Assembly (NCBI RefSeq): GCF_018350175.1
Contig: NC_058368.1
Coordinates: 192,760,001-192,824,000, forward strand
Source: Felis catus
Lineage: Eukaryota
Direction: 5' to 3'
Length of the DNA stretch: 64,000 nt
The translations under genes and the position numbers were made by a program. Within the stretch, counting starts at the first letter, position 1, and each line of letters opens with the position of its first letter. The notes under the pieces are model-generated. The model saw only the letters and a program-made list of their open reading frames with translations. It had not been told where the DNA came from and made no database searches. Positions 13,326 to 25,912 of the stretch are shown in pieces.

Positions 13326-16300
13326 GTTTTAACTCTAGGCCCTTTCGGTCAAATGAATCTGTTTTGGACTTAACGATGGTTTGTGAAGGACAGAGGCATA
13401 AATGGTTCCCCAGGAGTTACCTCTGATCTGTAGGGGGCAGCTTCTGTCTCCCGCTGCAGAATTCATCACTGCTCATCACTGACTGGGAGAAAGGGCCTGG
13501 GCTGAGGGCTGTGGAGAGGGTGGGAGGCATTGGGACCACCGGGAGATAACTGAGCCCATCTGTGACTGGGCAGCCCCCAATTTAATACTCCCTAAAGGAT
13601 TCTGAGCTCTTGGGGCACAAAGACAAATCTAATATACTGGCTCTCAAGATGCACCCTCAGGGCTTAATGCTGGAGCACTAGAATATAAAAGAAAAGAAGT
13701 CAAAATCAAAGGGAAGCATTTCAAAAATCTTCTCTCCAAGTCAACTTTGAATAGACCAATCCAATCATTTTGAAGGGAATTATGAAAGACATTTAATTCC
13801 CTCGCACAGGACACCATCCACAGACCAAACTGAAATACAAGTCAGTTGAATAAACCTGATGTTGTACATGCCTAAGGGAGAAAAAGTGGTCTAGATCTGG
13901 GTTCAAGTCCTGACTCTCCACTCTGCAGCTGGCAGAGGGTAGTTTTCTATACTCACTCAGCCTGTTTCTTATCTATCACATGGAGATGGTAATACCATGA
14001 GAATGTTATAACTAGGCAAGACTGCACATTAAAAACAGCCACATGGAGGAAGTAGTTACCTCTGTCCATCGAGGTGGGTAAATGTGGAAGAGAAGTCACA
14101 GCAAAGAGAATGCTCCTGATTTCAATTCTCTTGGAATCAGGGATGGATATTCCAGAGAAAGACATAGGGCTTTAGTAAGGCTTAATTAGAGTTTTGCTCT
14201 TGTAGACATGAGTCCTATTCTTGGTACCCCACACTGTAGCCAACTCATGGCTCAAAACATTCTCATTTACTCACTCCCCCAACCATGCATGTATTCAAGA
14301 AATGTTTACTGAGCCCCTGCTATGTGACAGACACTCTGCTAAGCCCTGGGGATTACCCTAGTGAGGAACAAGTGATTGTCCCTAAGGGGATAGTGTTGAA
14401 TGGGAGGCAAATAAATAAGCAGTAATACATTATGATAATTTTTCCTACCTCCCTGCATGTGGCTGTGAGGTGAGAGCAGAACGAAAACAGCCAAGAAAGA
14501 CAAAGCATGAGGGCATTAGGAGTGGTGTACCCTCATGTCCAGCTCTGCGCCTTGCCAACAGAGAGCAGGTCATTAATGGTTGCTGGGTTGAACTGGAGTT
14601 GGAAGGGCCTACTCCAACCCTTCTGTTTTCCAAGTAAGGAGGTGAGGCTTACAGAGGTTGCACGGAGATCCCAGACCACAAGGCCAGTGGATGTTGGAAT
14701 GGGATCCGACGCTGGCTCTTTAGTTAAAACACAAAAAAGAAAGCCTTTGGAAACTCTGGATGTAAAGAATAAATCTGAATCATACACAGTTTCAAGGAGC
14801 TGATGTCTGCCGTCATGTTCCAAGTGCTGCCTGTGGGCTTGGTGGGTCTGTGGGCGGCTGGACCACACAGCCTAGAGATGTGGGTCTCTGAGGGTTATGA
14901 TGAACTTCAGCATATAAACTACCACCGGTAGGAATGTGGATGCTTTCAATAAGCTTGCTGATATCTGTTCAACGTTTGTTCACATTTATCAGAAGTAGTT
15001 TGTATGGATGTGGAGCCAAAAAGACAAACTATTAGTTGCATAACCTTGGGCAAATTACCAGACCTCTGTAAGCCTCAGTTTCCTCATTTTTAAAAATGGA
15101 CTTACTGGTATGAGGTGAGAAGTGAACAGGATAGGAACATGTTGGTGCTCTGTAAACACAAGGGTGCATCAAGTGCCATCTTGGTCTGAAAAGAAACATC
15201 TGTGCTGATGGTCAATCATGGTGCCTGCCTTGGCCATGCCTGAGGAAGGCTAAGAAAGGAGTCCTCAGTGGGTCCCATGACCACACCTTCCCTGGACATC
15301 ATGGTGCCTGGGGCAGGAGCAGAGCCCTGGCCCAAGGGCAGTCAATCCATCAACTTGCCAGTGGTCAACAGCCTAGCAAGAAATGTGCCTAAATGAGGGG
15401 CACCAGGCCAAATTCTCTTTCTCTTTCTTGGAGATACACCTTGATGTATGGAAAGGGAGTCTAAGAGTTAATGAAGAAAGTTGACACAGAACTATACAGA
15501 GAAGAGCTAAAGCCTTGTAACGATGGGATCCAGAAATGTCTATGGGTGAGGGTGTCATAAGACAATCTAGTGGAAAGATCTTCCCATTTCAGACACTGGG
15601 AGCCCTGGCTATGCCATGGTTCCACCTCCCCCTCCTGGAGAGCCTTGCTGGCTTTTCCCACATTCCAACTGGCTACATTCCCCTTTTCCTTTAATGCCTC
15701 TGCCTCCTTGCAGGGGACTGGCCCACTGGTTAAAGTAACTTTGCGGCCAAGGAGCCCATCCTATTCCTAAGTCCATTCTCGGGAAAGAAAAACAAAAACA
15801 AGCATCCAAAAATTGTACTTGAGCTGAGTGAAGTGTTCTTATTTCCTCTTTATTATTTTGAAAAGAATGGGTTCTTAAGGAATTAAGATTTCTAAACTCT
15901 AGAAGTCACACTAATATGGAAATCTGGACTTCCAGGTCACGGACAGGTGAGGCTGTTAGGACACACCGTATTGTTTCATATGATCAGTGATGCTCTATCG
16001 ACATCATGCCGACTGAGCCACGATGGCATCATAAGCAGTCACCTGAAGCTCATGGTGTTCCACCACCACTGTGCTCTCTACACTATAGCAAATTGTTCTT
16101 CAGTAAATAGAAGGGTGAGTGGTGGTGGTGGTGGTGGTGGTGGTGGTGTGTGTGTGTTTTAAGGGAATGATCATTTGAAAAAATCCTTGTGGAGTGACTC
16201 TGTTGTTTGAAAGCTCCCAGTGTTTGTACTCTTAGATAAACAACCTTCTTCTAGAAATGGGTGCACCATTTTAGCACTTTCTCATGGGAACTGAATCAAC

Positions 16301-18088
16301 ACGCCCTCCTCCGCCAAACAGATGATAATTTCAAGCTTTCCACTGACCAGATGGGCCTTGGGGAGTTGGGTTTGTGTGTCTTGGGGGTGGCAGAAGCCAG
16401 GATCTCTTTGGGTTGAGGAAGAAGGCCCACTACTGTTTCCAGGCCACATGCGTAGCTTCCACATGGAAAGCCAATGAGAATCACTGAATTAGGAAGGCTG
16501 GAAGGGCCCGAAGGTCACCTTGTTTGCATTCCTTATTTTACAGATGAGGAAACGGAGGCCCAGAATGGGGAGATACCTTCCTAGAGTCACAGAGTGAGAT
16601 GACATGCCCATATCTCAAAGAGCGGGCCTTGAGAAAGAGTACTGCCCCAAGTGGCAACTGCAGGTGTGGGGAGGGAAGTGGGGTGGGCTAGAGATCTGGA
16701 TCCAAGTCCCACATTTAGCACTGGGTCACCTTGGGGAAATCACAGCCTCCCTAAGTCTCAGTTTCCACTTGGGTGAAATGGGGATAGGATTCCGTCCTCC
16801 TGAGGCTGTCACAGGAAGGAAAGAGATACCTTAGGTGAATACAGCATCTGGCTCATAAATGTCAGTTTCCATCATCAAGAGGTCACAGTGTAGGTCATTT
16901 TCCAGCAAATGGTTTCAGTATTCTGCTGTCCTTCCCTCTCTGTTTTGCATAAAGGAGAGTCCCTTATAATAAAACATTCTCAGCAAGACTATGTCCAATG
17001 GGCTCTGGAGCTACCAAGAAGTTAAGAAGAAGTTATAAATAGCTCCAGGCTCTGGAACAAAAGGAAGAAACTGGGTTTTAGTGGGCAGAGTGTGAAAAGC
17101 TCCTGCCCCCCTATCCTCCCTCCAGATGCAGATCTGGGGCCTCTCATGACACATCCCTTCAGCAAGCCTTCTCTCCTCAGCTGGGGCTTGGCTCCCAGCC
17201 CTTCTGTACACCTCTCTGGGGGATGGGTCAGGTGCTGGCTTTCTCTTCAACAGCCTGGCTGGAATCAGAGGAGCCAGAAGATTAGTGTGACAACATGTGC
17301 CAAGGCTGACATCTTGACGAAGGTCCCTTTCCATTCAGGGCAGGCCTTGCTAAATGCCAGAAGCACCTACCGGCTCTTCCCTCTTCTTAGTGGATAGCGC
17401 AGAGTATCACAAAGGCTTGTTATGATTAATTATGCGCCATCCGTTCGTCACCACTGTTCCACCCCCTAACCCACACCAGGCTTCAGATACAAGCAGTACT
17501 TAAGGGATCTTGGTTTGTGTTCTCTTTTCCTTCCCTTCTGAACTCACATTTTGGAAAGCCCTTGGTTCAGACCGTATCTAGTTTTAACACAGTTGTAAAA
17601 GCAACACAAAAAAATTTTTTAAAGCACACAGCGAAATCCAACAGTTTCTTCACATGGCTGTCCCACATGACAAAAGGTGGTCCTCCCACAGATGTAACAC
17701 GCAAGGTATTCCACGTGCTCAAGCTTTAAACACAGGCTGACAGCAGGAAGGAGGAACTCTGGCTGATCAACATTGGCATGTCAAGGTGCCCGGAACGATC
17801 GGCATGAAATAACCACCAGAAGGACCACACTTCAGATCTCAGTTAAATGCCAATCGCCAGGCAAACATCGTTAAGAGGAAATGGGCTTTAATTATCAAGA
17901 TTCTTGATTCATGAAAGAGGAAAAAAGAAAAAACAAAATTGTAAAGACATGTGTTCAAGGAGGTTGCTGCCACTCTGTGTCCAGGAACAGAGAACTGAAA
18001 ACCATTGGTATGCCCATCGACAGAGCAAGGGCTGAGCAGGTTAAGTTCTTGTGGAATATTACACAGCTGTTAGAAATGTCTTGGAAAC

Positions 18089-18258
18089 CTTAAATATGGA
18101 GAACAAACAGAGGGTTACTGAGGGGGTTGTAGGAGGGGGGATGGGCTAAATGGGTAAGGGGCATTAAGGAATCTACTCCCAAAATCATTGTCGCACTATA
18201 TACTAACTAGACCGGATGTAAATTAAAAAAAAAAAAAAAAAAGAAAAAAAGAAAAAAA
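18089..18258 (+). mobile_element. Very short young L1 3' end with perfect 17-bp TSD
   Basis: TSD agaaatgtcttggaaac at 18072-18088 and 18259-18275; 3' UTR closely similar to the L1 at 9330; long poly(A). Confidence 0.95.
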
Positions 18259-18313
18259 AGAAATGTCTTGGAAACATGACTTCAATATAATAAGTAAAAA
18301 ATGCTACTTGTAG

Positions 18314-18530
18314 AGGAGTGCCTGGGTGGCTCAATGGGTTAAGCATCTGACTCTTGACTATAGCTCAGGTCATGATCTCATGGTTTGTGAGTTCGAGCCC
18401 CACATCGGGCTCTGGGCTGACAGTGCAGAGCCTGCTTGGGATGTTCTCTCCCTCTCTCTCTGTCCCTTTCCCGCTCATTCTCTCTCTACCTCACTCTTTC
18501 TCTCTCTAAAAATAAATAAACTTATTTTAA
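18314..18530 (+). mobile_element. Can-SINE
   Basis: SINE head, body and tail; TSD gctacttgtaga on both sides. Confidence 0.93.
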
Positions 18531-20499
18531 AAAGCTACTTGTAGAATAAAATATGTATAGTACCACCAGATTTTTGTAAAAACAAAACAAAACCAAAAAC
18601 AAACCCCTTCATATGTCTATATATGTTCCATAAACAAAGAAAAAAAAAACTATAAGAGGGCTAAACTGTTAGCTTTCACTACCTGGGCAGATTTAGGATT
18701 GGAGGTGGGTGATTGGGGGGGGGGGGGGACTATTGATTTATTCCCCCCCACCCCCGAGGTTTACAGTCAGGGGTGAACGATGTCCTTATCTATGCAACAC
18801 GGCTCCCCAACGACCTGCTCCACTTGTCTCACCGCCATGCTGCCCGGGATGCCACCTTAATGAAGGGAGAGAACAGATAATCACCCTTATCTTACAGTCA
18901 TCTTTCTCCTTTTCCTTAAACCCTTTCAAGGCCAACACCACTTCGAAATCAAACTCATCTCTGTAACCACTTTTACTGAGTGTTATTTGTCTGCTCCCGG
19001 ACAAACATGTATTACCTTCAGCACGGTGAGTGAAATGCAACCTGAGTAGTCTTCTGCTTGTGTCTATTTATATTTATCTAGCCAATCCTGCTCGCTATGC
19101 CTGGCCCAAGAACCTTGACGCACAAAGGATTCAAATTTAAAAACTGTCTCCCTCCTTCCCTGTGAGGAATAGGTCTCAGTCTGCTGTGTGTGAAGCAGCA
19201 AAAAGAGCATGTGCTTGGATCCAGGTTTGAGTCTTCTCTGCTTTCTACTGGCTGAGCTCAGCTGAGGTTCAGTTTGTGCGTCTGGAAAATGGAGCTAGTG
19301 ATCCCCGTTAGATACAAACGATTTCAGAGAGGCTGGAGTTACAAAGAGTTGTAACAGTGTTTTTGTAAATGAGAAGACAATGTTGAAACCTAAAGGAAAA
19401 AAAAATATGATCACACAAAACCTCAAAGTGGGAAGAAATAAATCGAGGCAGGCTGGTAAAGTGCTCAGCCCCATGCTTGGCACACAAGCACTTGATAAAT
19501 GGGAGACACTGTTATTACTCATGGAGAACACAGCATCCATTTCTAGAAGACTTAGAAAATGCATTTGTCTGCAGAAATGATAAAAGAACACAAACCACAC
19601 ATCGGCTCATGGGGATGTCAAGTGGTTTTTGCCTAGCATAAATTGTAGGGGATATATATGCCCGTTTTGACACACAGCCATTTTTGCTTACAAGCCATTT
19701 ATCTCCGTAATTTCAACCCAAGGGCTGAATTCACTGAAATCCGCTTTTAAAATTACAGGAAAGAAGTCAATTGGAGAGATTTTGTTGGCTGCCATTTTAT
19801 TGTAAGGCTCATGAGGACCTTTAAATTCCGGTATTAGGTCCGATGGGTCAATCACTGTTGTCTGTTCAGAAGAGAGTCGTTTAATTTCAGAGGAGAACTG
19901 ATTTGAGCCTCCTGAAAAATCAGTGATGCTCCCAAGGAAATGTGGACTTTTTCCTTTCCCAGCTCACAAATCACTCAGGCGACAGCCCTTCTCTCCGCCC
20001 TCCTGCCCCTACCTACACAACCGCCCTGCTAACAGCTGCCAAACTAGGGAGGCTTCACCCCTCCCGGCCTGAGCATCTCGGGGGTGCTCATCTTATACTG
20101 AAGTACTCCATTATAGAAGTGCCAAGCAAGCTCACTCCAGCACACGAATCATGATAAAAAGGGTAAAAATTGCTAATACTTACTAAATATGTCTTCCAAG
20201 CCTGTCACTGTTCTACAGAGGGTCTGACAAACCTCTCCGCACCGTGGCGGGTGGGAGAGGGGTGGGTGCGGACTCCAGCCAGTCATTCCCATTGCCGACG
20301 GTGGGCGGGGGTGGGCACGGCCCCTGCCGTGACCCGAACGTGCGCACAAACTCCGTCATCCCACACACCACACCGCAGACCACAGCCGATCTTGGATCAT
20401 TTTTAGATTTACTATCCATTACGCCTCAAGCACTTCTTGCTATTCAAGGAAAGCAAGTTAATTAAAACCACAATAAAAACACAGCAACTCAAAAAGGAT

Positions 20500-21528
20500 C
20501 CCGTCACCATTCCCATTTTTCACAACATAAATGGCACCGTTTATTAAACTGCCTACTTGACCTCGTCACTTGGATGTTTAAGAATGTCTTAAACTTGGCT
20601 GAAATAAAAATCTTGACTTTCCCCAAATCTGCTCTCCTCCAAGCCTTTGTTCCTGTAAATGGCAACTCCATCTTCACAGTTGCTCTGGCCAAAAACCTCG
20701 CATTGTCTCAGTCTCTTCTCTCTCTCTCGCTCTTTTTTTTTTTTTTTTCCATATCCATCTTGTCTATAAGTAAATCCCATCATCTCCACCTTCAAAATAT
20801 TCTAGAACGTGGCCACTGCTTCTCTGCTCCTTCTCTGCCACGGTGGTCTGAGTCATTGTCCCTCTTCTCTGCCCGCCTGGCTGTAATAAACTCCTAACTG
20901 GCTTCCCTGCTCCACTCTTGGCCGCCTACAGTCTATTCTTAACATAGCAACCGAAGTGATCCTTTGAAAATGAAAATCAGACTATGTCGCTCAGTGCTCA
21001 AAACTCTCCAGAGTTTCCCGTTTTACTCCCTTTGGTCAAAGCCAAAGTCCCACTGTGGCCCTGACATCTCTCCAGGCTTGCTTCTCATCACTTTCCTCCT
21101 GGCTCACTGGGCTCCATAAGGCAAGCATGATGGCCCAGGGGCCTTTGCACTTATTGTTTCTTCTGCCTGCAGGACTCTTCCCCCAGTTAACTGCCCTGCT
21201 AGATGGACCTCACACTTCTTCATATCTCTGTTCATATGTCATCTCATTAGAGAGGCCTCCCACTAGCAGGGAAATAAAAATCCATTCCATTCCTATTACT
21301 TTCTCTACCCCTCACTCTGTTTATGTTTCTTATATCATTTATCACCATCTGAAAAAATAATGCATTTATTATGACCTCTTCCACCCAGTAGAATGTAAAC
21401 ACCAGGAAAAAAGGAAATTTTGGCTATTTTGTTCATTGCTGTTTCCCCAGGGACTAGCCTATACAATAAGCACACATGGTAAGCCCATGATAAATATTTG
21501 CTGAATGAATGAATGAATGAATGAATGA
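20500..21528 (+). mobile_element. L2 (L2a-like) 3' portion ending in (GAAT)n
   Basis: catcttcacagttgctctggccaaaaacct..., gggcctttgcactt..., ataaatatttgctgaatgaatgaat. Confidence 0.85.
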
Positions 21529-22932
21529 CTCACAGAGACAGTTAATAGTGACTAACAGGCTTGAGATTTCCTTAAGGCAGGGACTGACACTTGACCGCTT
21601 TAGTATAAATGAGTAGGGGCTAGCTGTATTTTAGGTGGGCTACAGACTCGGGGTGGAGGAGTGGGAAAGAAGCCCAGTGACTTTAGATTAGGTTCCTGAT
21701 TTAATTAGCTCTGGGTACATCCATGACATGGCCGTGCAGGGGGCAGGTTACATCCCTGGCCTTTCTTGCTCAGGTTTACATCACCATTTGAGAAGATTCT
21801 GGGAGTACCAATAAAGATCAGGCTTTCCTGGTTCTCAAACCCTCAGCATCAGCAAGGCCACAAGGTCCTTGAATAGGACCTCAGCATTGCCAGCTCTCCT
21901 GGGCCCATGGGGCCATTTCCCCCTCAGGGCTTTCCCTCTTCCTGATTCCCTACCTCTTTTTCTGGGCGTTTTGGATACTGCAATGGTTAGCAAACCACGA
22001 CAACAAATCCATTTCCAACTAAACTCTAGTTAGAACTCAGGGTGTACCTGTGTGACTTTTGCCCCAGATCCCTTTCCCTCCCCCATTTTGATTCTTCTAT
22101 TTGCTGATCTGAAAAAAAGGTGAGTAATGACAACGATAACAATAACAGCACCTGTCCAATCTGTTCATGAGGGACACTGGTTGATAATGTAATTTTCTCA
22201 CAATATCTTCGCCTTGTTTTAGTATCAAGGTAATGCTGAGTTCACAATGAGTTGGAAAGTACTCCACTCTCTTTAATTTTTTGGAAGAGTTGGTGTAGAA
22301 GAGTTGTTTGTATTATTTCTTAAATTCTACTTCGTGGAATTCACCAATGAACCCATCTGGGCTTAAAGTTTTCTTTGTAGGGAGGTTCTTAACTATAATG
22401 TCAATTTCTTTAATATATATAGGACTATTTTGGTTAATTATTTCCTTTTCGAGTGAACTGCCAAGGAATTTATCATTTCAACTAAGTTGCTGAATTTACA
22501 GGGATAAAGTTGTTCAGAATATTCCTTTACTATTCTCCTAATCATTATAGAATCTATAGTTACATCACCTCATTCCTGATATTGGTAATTTGTGTCTTCT
22601 CTTTCTCATCAGTCTGGTTAGAAGTTAATCCATTTAATTGATCACCTCAAAGTGTCAGCTTTTGGTTTCATTGATTTTTTCCTATTGTTTTTCTCTTTTC
22701 TACTTCATTGATCTCTGCTTTGATCTTTTTAAAATTTCCTTTCTTCTGTTTATTTTGGATTAACTTGTTCTTATTTTTCTGGTTTCTTAAAGTAGAAGCT
22801 GGTGTTGTCAATTTGACACCATTTTTCTTTTCTAATATAAGCATTTAATGCTACAAATTTCCCTGTAAGTACTGCTTTAGTGACATCCCACAAATTCTGA
22901 TATGTTGTTTTCATTACCATTCAGTTCAAAAC

Positions 22933-23139
22933 ATTTTTTTTAATGTTTGTTTATTTTTGAGAAAGAGACAGAGCATGAGTGGAGGAGGGGCAGAGAAAGA
23001 GGGAGACAGAATACAAAGCAGGCTCCAGGCTCTGAGCTGTCAGCACAGAGCCCGACGCGGGGCTCCAACTCACGAACCGTGAGATCACGACCTGAATTTG
23101 AAGTCGGATGCCCAACGGACTGAGCCACCTAGGCGCCCC
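22933..23139 (-). mobile_element. Can-SINE
   Basis: TSD cagttcaaaac on both sides. Confidence 0.93.
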
Positions 23140-23639
23140 AGTTCAAAACGGTTTCTAATTTTCCTTTTGATTTCTTCTTTGACCCATCTGTTATTCATAT
23201 GTGAGTTATAGTTTCCAAACATTTGGAAACGTTAAGAGACTGTCCTGTTATTGGTTTCTAAATTTAATTCCACTGTGGTCAGAAAACATACTTCGCATCA
23301 CTTGAATCCTTTTAAATTTATGGAGACTTGTTTTCCAACCCAGAATATGATCAATCTTGGTAAATGCTCTGCATGTACTTGAAAAGCATGTACACTCTGC
23401 TGTTATTGGGTAGAATGTTCTATAAATGTTAACTGGGTCACGGGGTTGATGACGCTGTTAAAGTCTACTATATCCTTGCTGGTTCTACTTGTTCTACCAA
23501 TTTTTGAGAGAAAAGTGTTAAATCTCCTAATTGTGGCTATGTCTATCTCTCTTTGCAGTTCCATGAGTTTTGCTTCATGTATTTTGAAGCTCTCTTATGA
23601 GGTACATAAATATTTAGGGTTGCTATATTCTCTCACTCC

Positions 23640-23869
23640 TTTTTTTTTAAATGTTTATTTATTTTTGAGAGAGAGAGAGAGAAAGAGAGTGCGTGAGCAT
23701 GCGTGAGAGCAAGTGGGGGAGGGGCAGAGAAAAGGGAGACAGAATCTGAAGCAGGCTCCAGGCTCTGAGCTGTCAGCACAGAGCTGACGTGGGGCTCGAG
23801 TCCAGGAACTGAGAGATCATGACCTGAGCCAAAGTCAGACACTTCACCGGCTGAGACACCCCACTGCCC
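23640..23869 (-). mobile_element. Can-SINE
   Basis: Poly(T), (GA)n and SINE body on the reverse strand. Confidence 0.9.
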
Positions 23870-24523
23870 TGTTGGTATGTTCTCTTAATGAAGGATCCCT
23901 TTATTAAATTATTAAACTACCTTCTTTATCCCTGATACTCTTTGTTTTGAATTCTACTTAAACTGACATTAATACAGCCACCAAAGCTTCCTTTTGATTA
24001 GTGTTAGCATGGTAGATTTCCCCTATCTTTTTACTGTCATTTGTACCTTTATATTTAAAGTGTGTTTCTTGCAGGCAGCATGGAGTAGAATCTTGGTTTT
24101 TTTTTATCTAATTGGGTAAAAGGCAGAGAGTTCTGCCTTATAACTGAAACAATTAGTGCATTTACATTTAATGTGATTATCGATATGGTTAGGTTAAAGC
24201 CCATCATCTTGGTACTTGCTTTCTATTTGTCCTTTCTGACCTCAGTCCCCTTTTCTCTCTTTTTCTGCTTTCTTTTGGGTTAACTCAATATTTTCCATTA
24301 TTCAATTTTACCTCCCTTGTTGGCTTATTTGCTAGAACTCTTTGCTTTGCTTTTTAGTGCTTGCTTCACGATTTATAGGATACATTCTAACAGCATACCT
24401 TCAAATGATACTATGTCACATCACAAGTAGTATGAAAATCTTATAGTAGTATATTAGCATTTCTCCTCTCTGACCTCTACCCTGGCATACACGTATAACT
24501 TTACATAGGTTTAAAACCCAACA

Positions 24524-24749
24524 GGGGCGCCTGGGTGGCTCAGTCGGTTTAGGCGGCCGACTTCGGCTCGGGTCATGATCTCCCGGTCCGTGAGTTCGAG
24601 CCCCGCGTCGGGCTCTGTGCTGACAGCTCGAAGCCTGGAGCCTGTTTCAGATTCTGTGTCTCCCTCTCTCTGACCCTCCCCCATTCATGCTCTGTCTCTC
24701 TCTGTCTCAAAAATAAATAAACGTTAAAAAAAAAAATTAAAAAAAAAAA
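24524..24749 (+). mobile_element. Young Can-SINE (CpGs retained)
   Basis: Near-consensus sequence with many intact CpGs; TSD aaaacccaaca(g). Confidence 0.95.
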
Positions 24750-25676
24750 CCCCAACAGTATGTTACTATTATTTTTGGTTACTCTGTCAGATATCTTGTA
24801 AAAAGATTTAAACAATAAGAAATAGTGTATATCTACCCACATAGTTACTATTCCCAGTGATCTTCATTCTTTGTAAATGAAGATCCCTATTTCCACCTGT
24901 TACCGTATTTTTTTTCCCCTAAAGGACTTCTTTTAACATTCCTTATAGTACATAACTGCTGTGATAAATTCTTTCAGTGTCTGACAAGTCACTATTTTGC
25001 CTTTATTTTTGAAAGATACTTTCACTGGGTGTAGAATTCTAGGTTGGTAGAGTTTTTGCTTTTCATACCTTAAAGATGTTGTTACACCATGCTCTTGCCT
25101 CTATCGTTTCCACTGAGAATTCTGTCATTTTTGTCTTTGGTCCTTTCAGTTTTATTTCTCTGTCTAGTCTAAAACTTTGTCTTCATCACTGGTTTGTAGC
25201 AATTTGATGATGATATACAGTGGTGTCATTTTACTCCTGTTTCTTAAGATTGGGTTTCATTGTGCTTCTTGGATTTGTGGTTTTATAGCTGTCACTCAAC
25301 TTGGAAAACTTTTGGCCATTATTTTTCTCTTCCCTTTCATACACTCCAATTACATGGACATTTGATTGCTTAACGTTGTCCCACAGTTCATCAATGCCCT
25401 TTTTATTTTGAAAAATTCTTCCTCTGTATTTTGAGTAGTTTATTTTCCTACTCTTCAGTTTTATTCCCCCCCCCCCCCCCCCGCAATATCTAGTCTGCCA
25501 TTCATCCCATACACTATTTTTCATTGCAGACTTTGTTGGTTTAATTTCTAGAAGCTCAGTTTGGGTCTTTTTAAATTGTCCATGTGTCTATTTAATTTTT
25601 GAAACATATGGAATATAGTAATAATAAATGTTTTAGTGTCCTCTGCTAATTCTAAAATCTGTGTTAATTCTGGGCT

Positions 25677-25736
25677 TTTTTTTTAAGTTTATTTATTTTA
25701 TTTTGAAAGAGACAGAAGCAGCGCACTTGGGAGAGG

Positions 25737-25788
<52 letters not shown>

Positions 25789-25912
25789 CCCAAGCAGGCT
25801 CCACACCATCAGCATGGAGGCCCACATGGGGCTCGAACCCACAAACTGAGATCATGACCTGAGCCAAAACCAAGAGTTGAACGCTTAACTGACTGAGCCA
25901 CCCAGATGCCCC
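25677..25912 (-). mobile_element. Can-SINE with long (GA)n
   Basis: Reverse SINE ending cagatgcccc. Confidence 0.92.
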
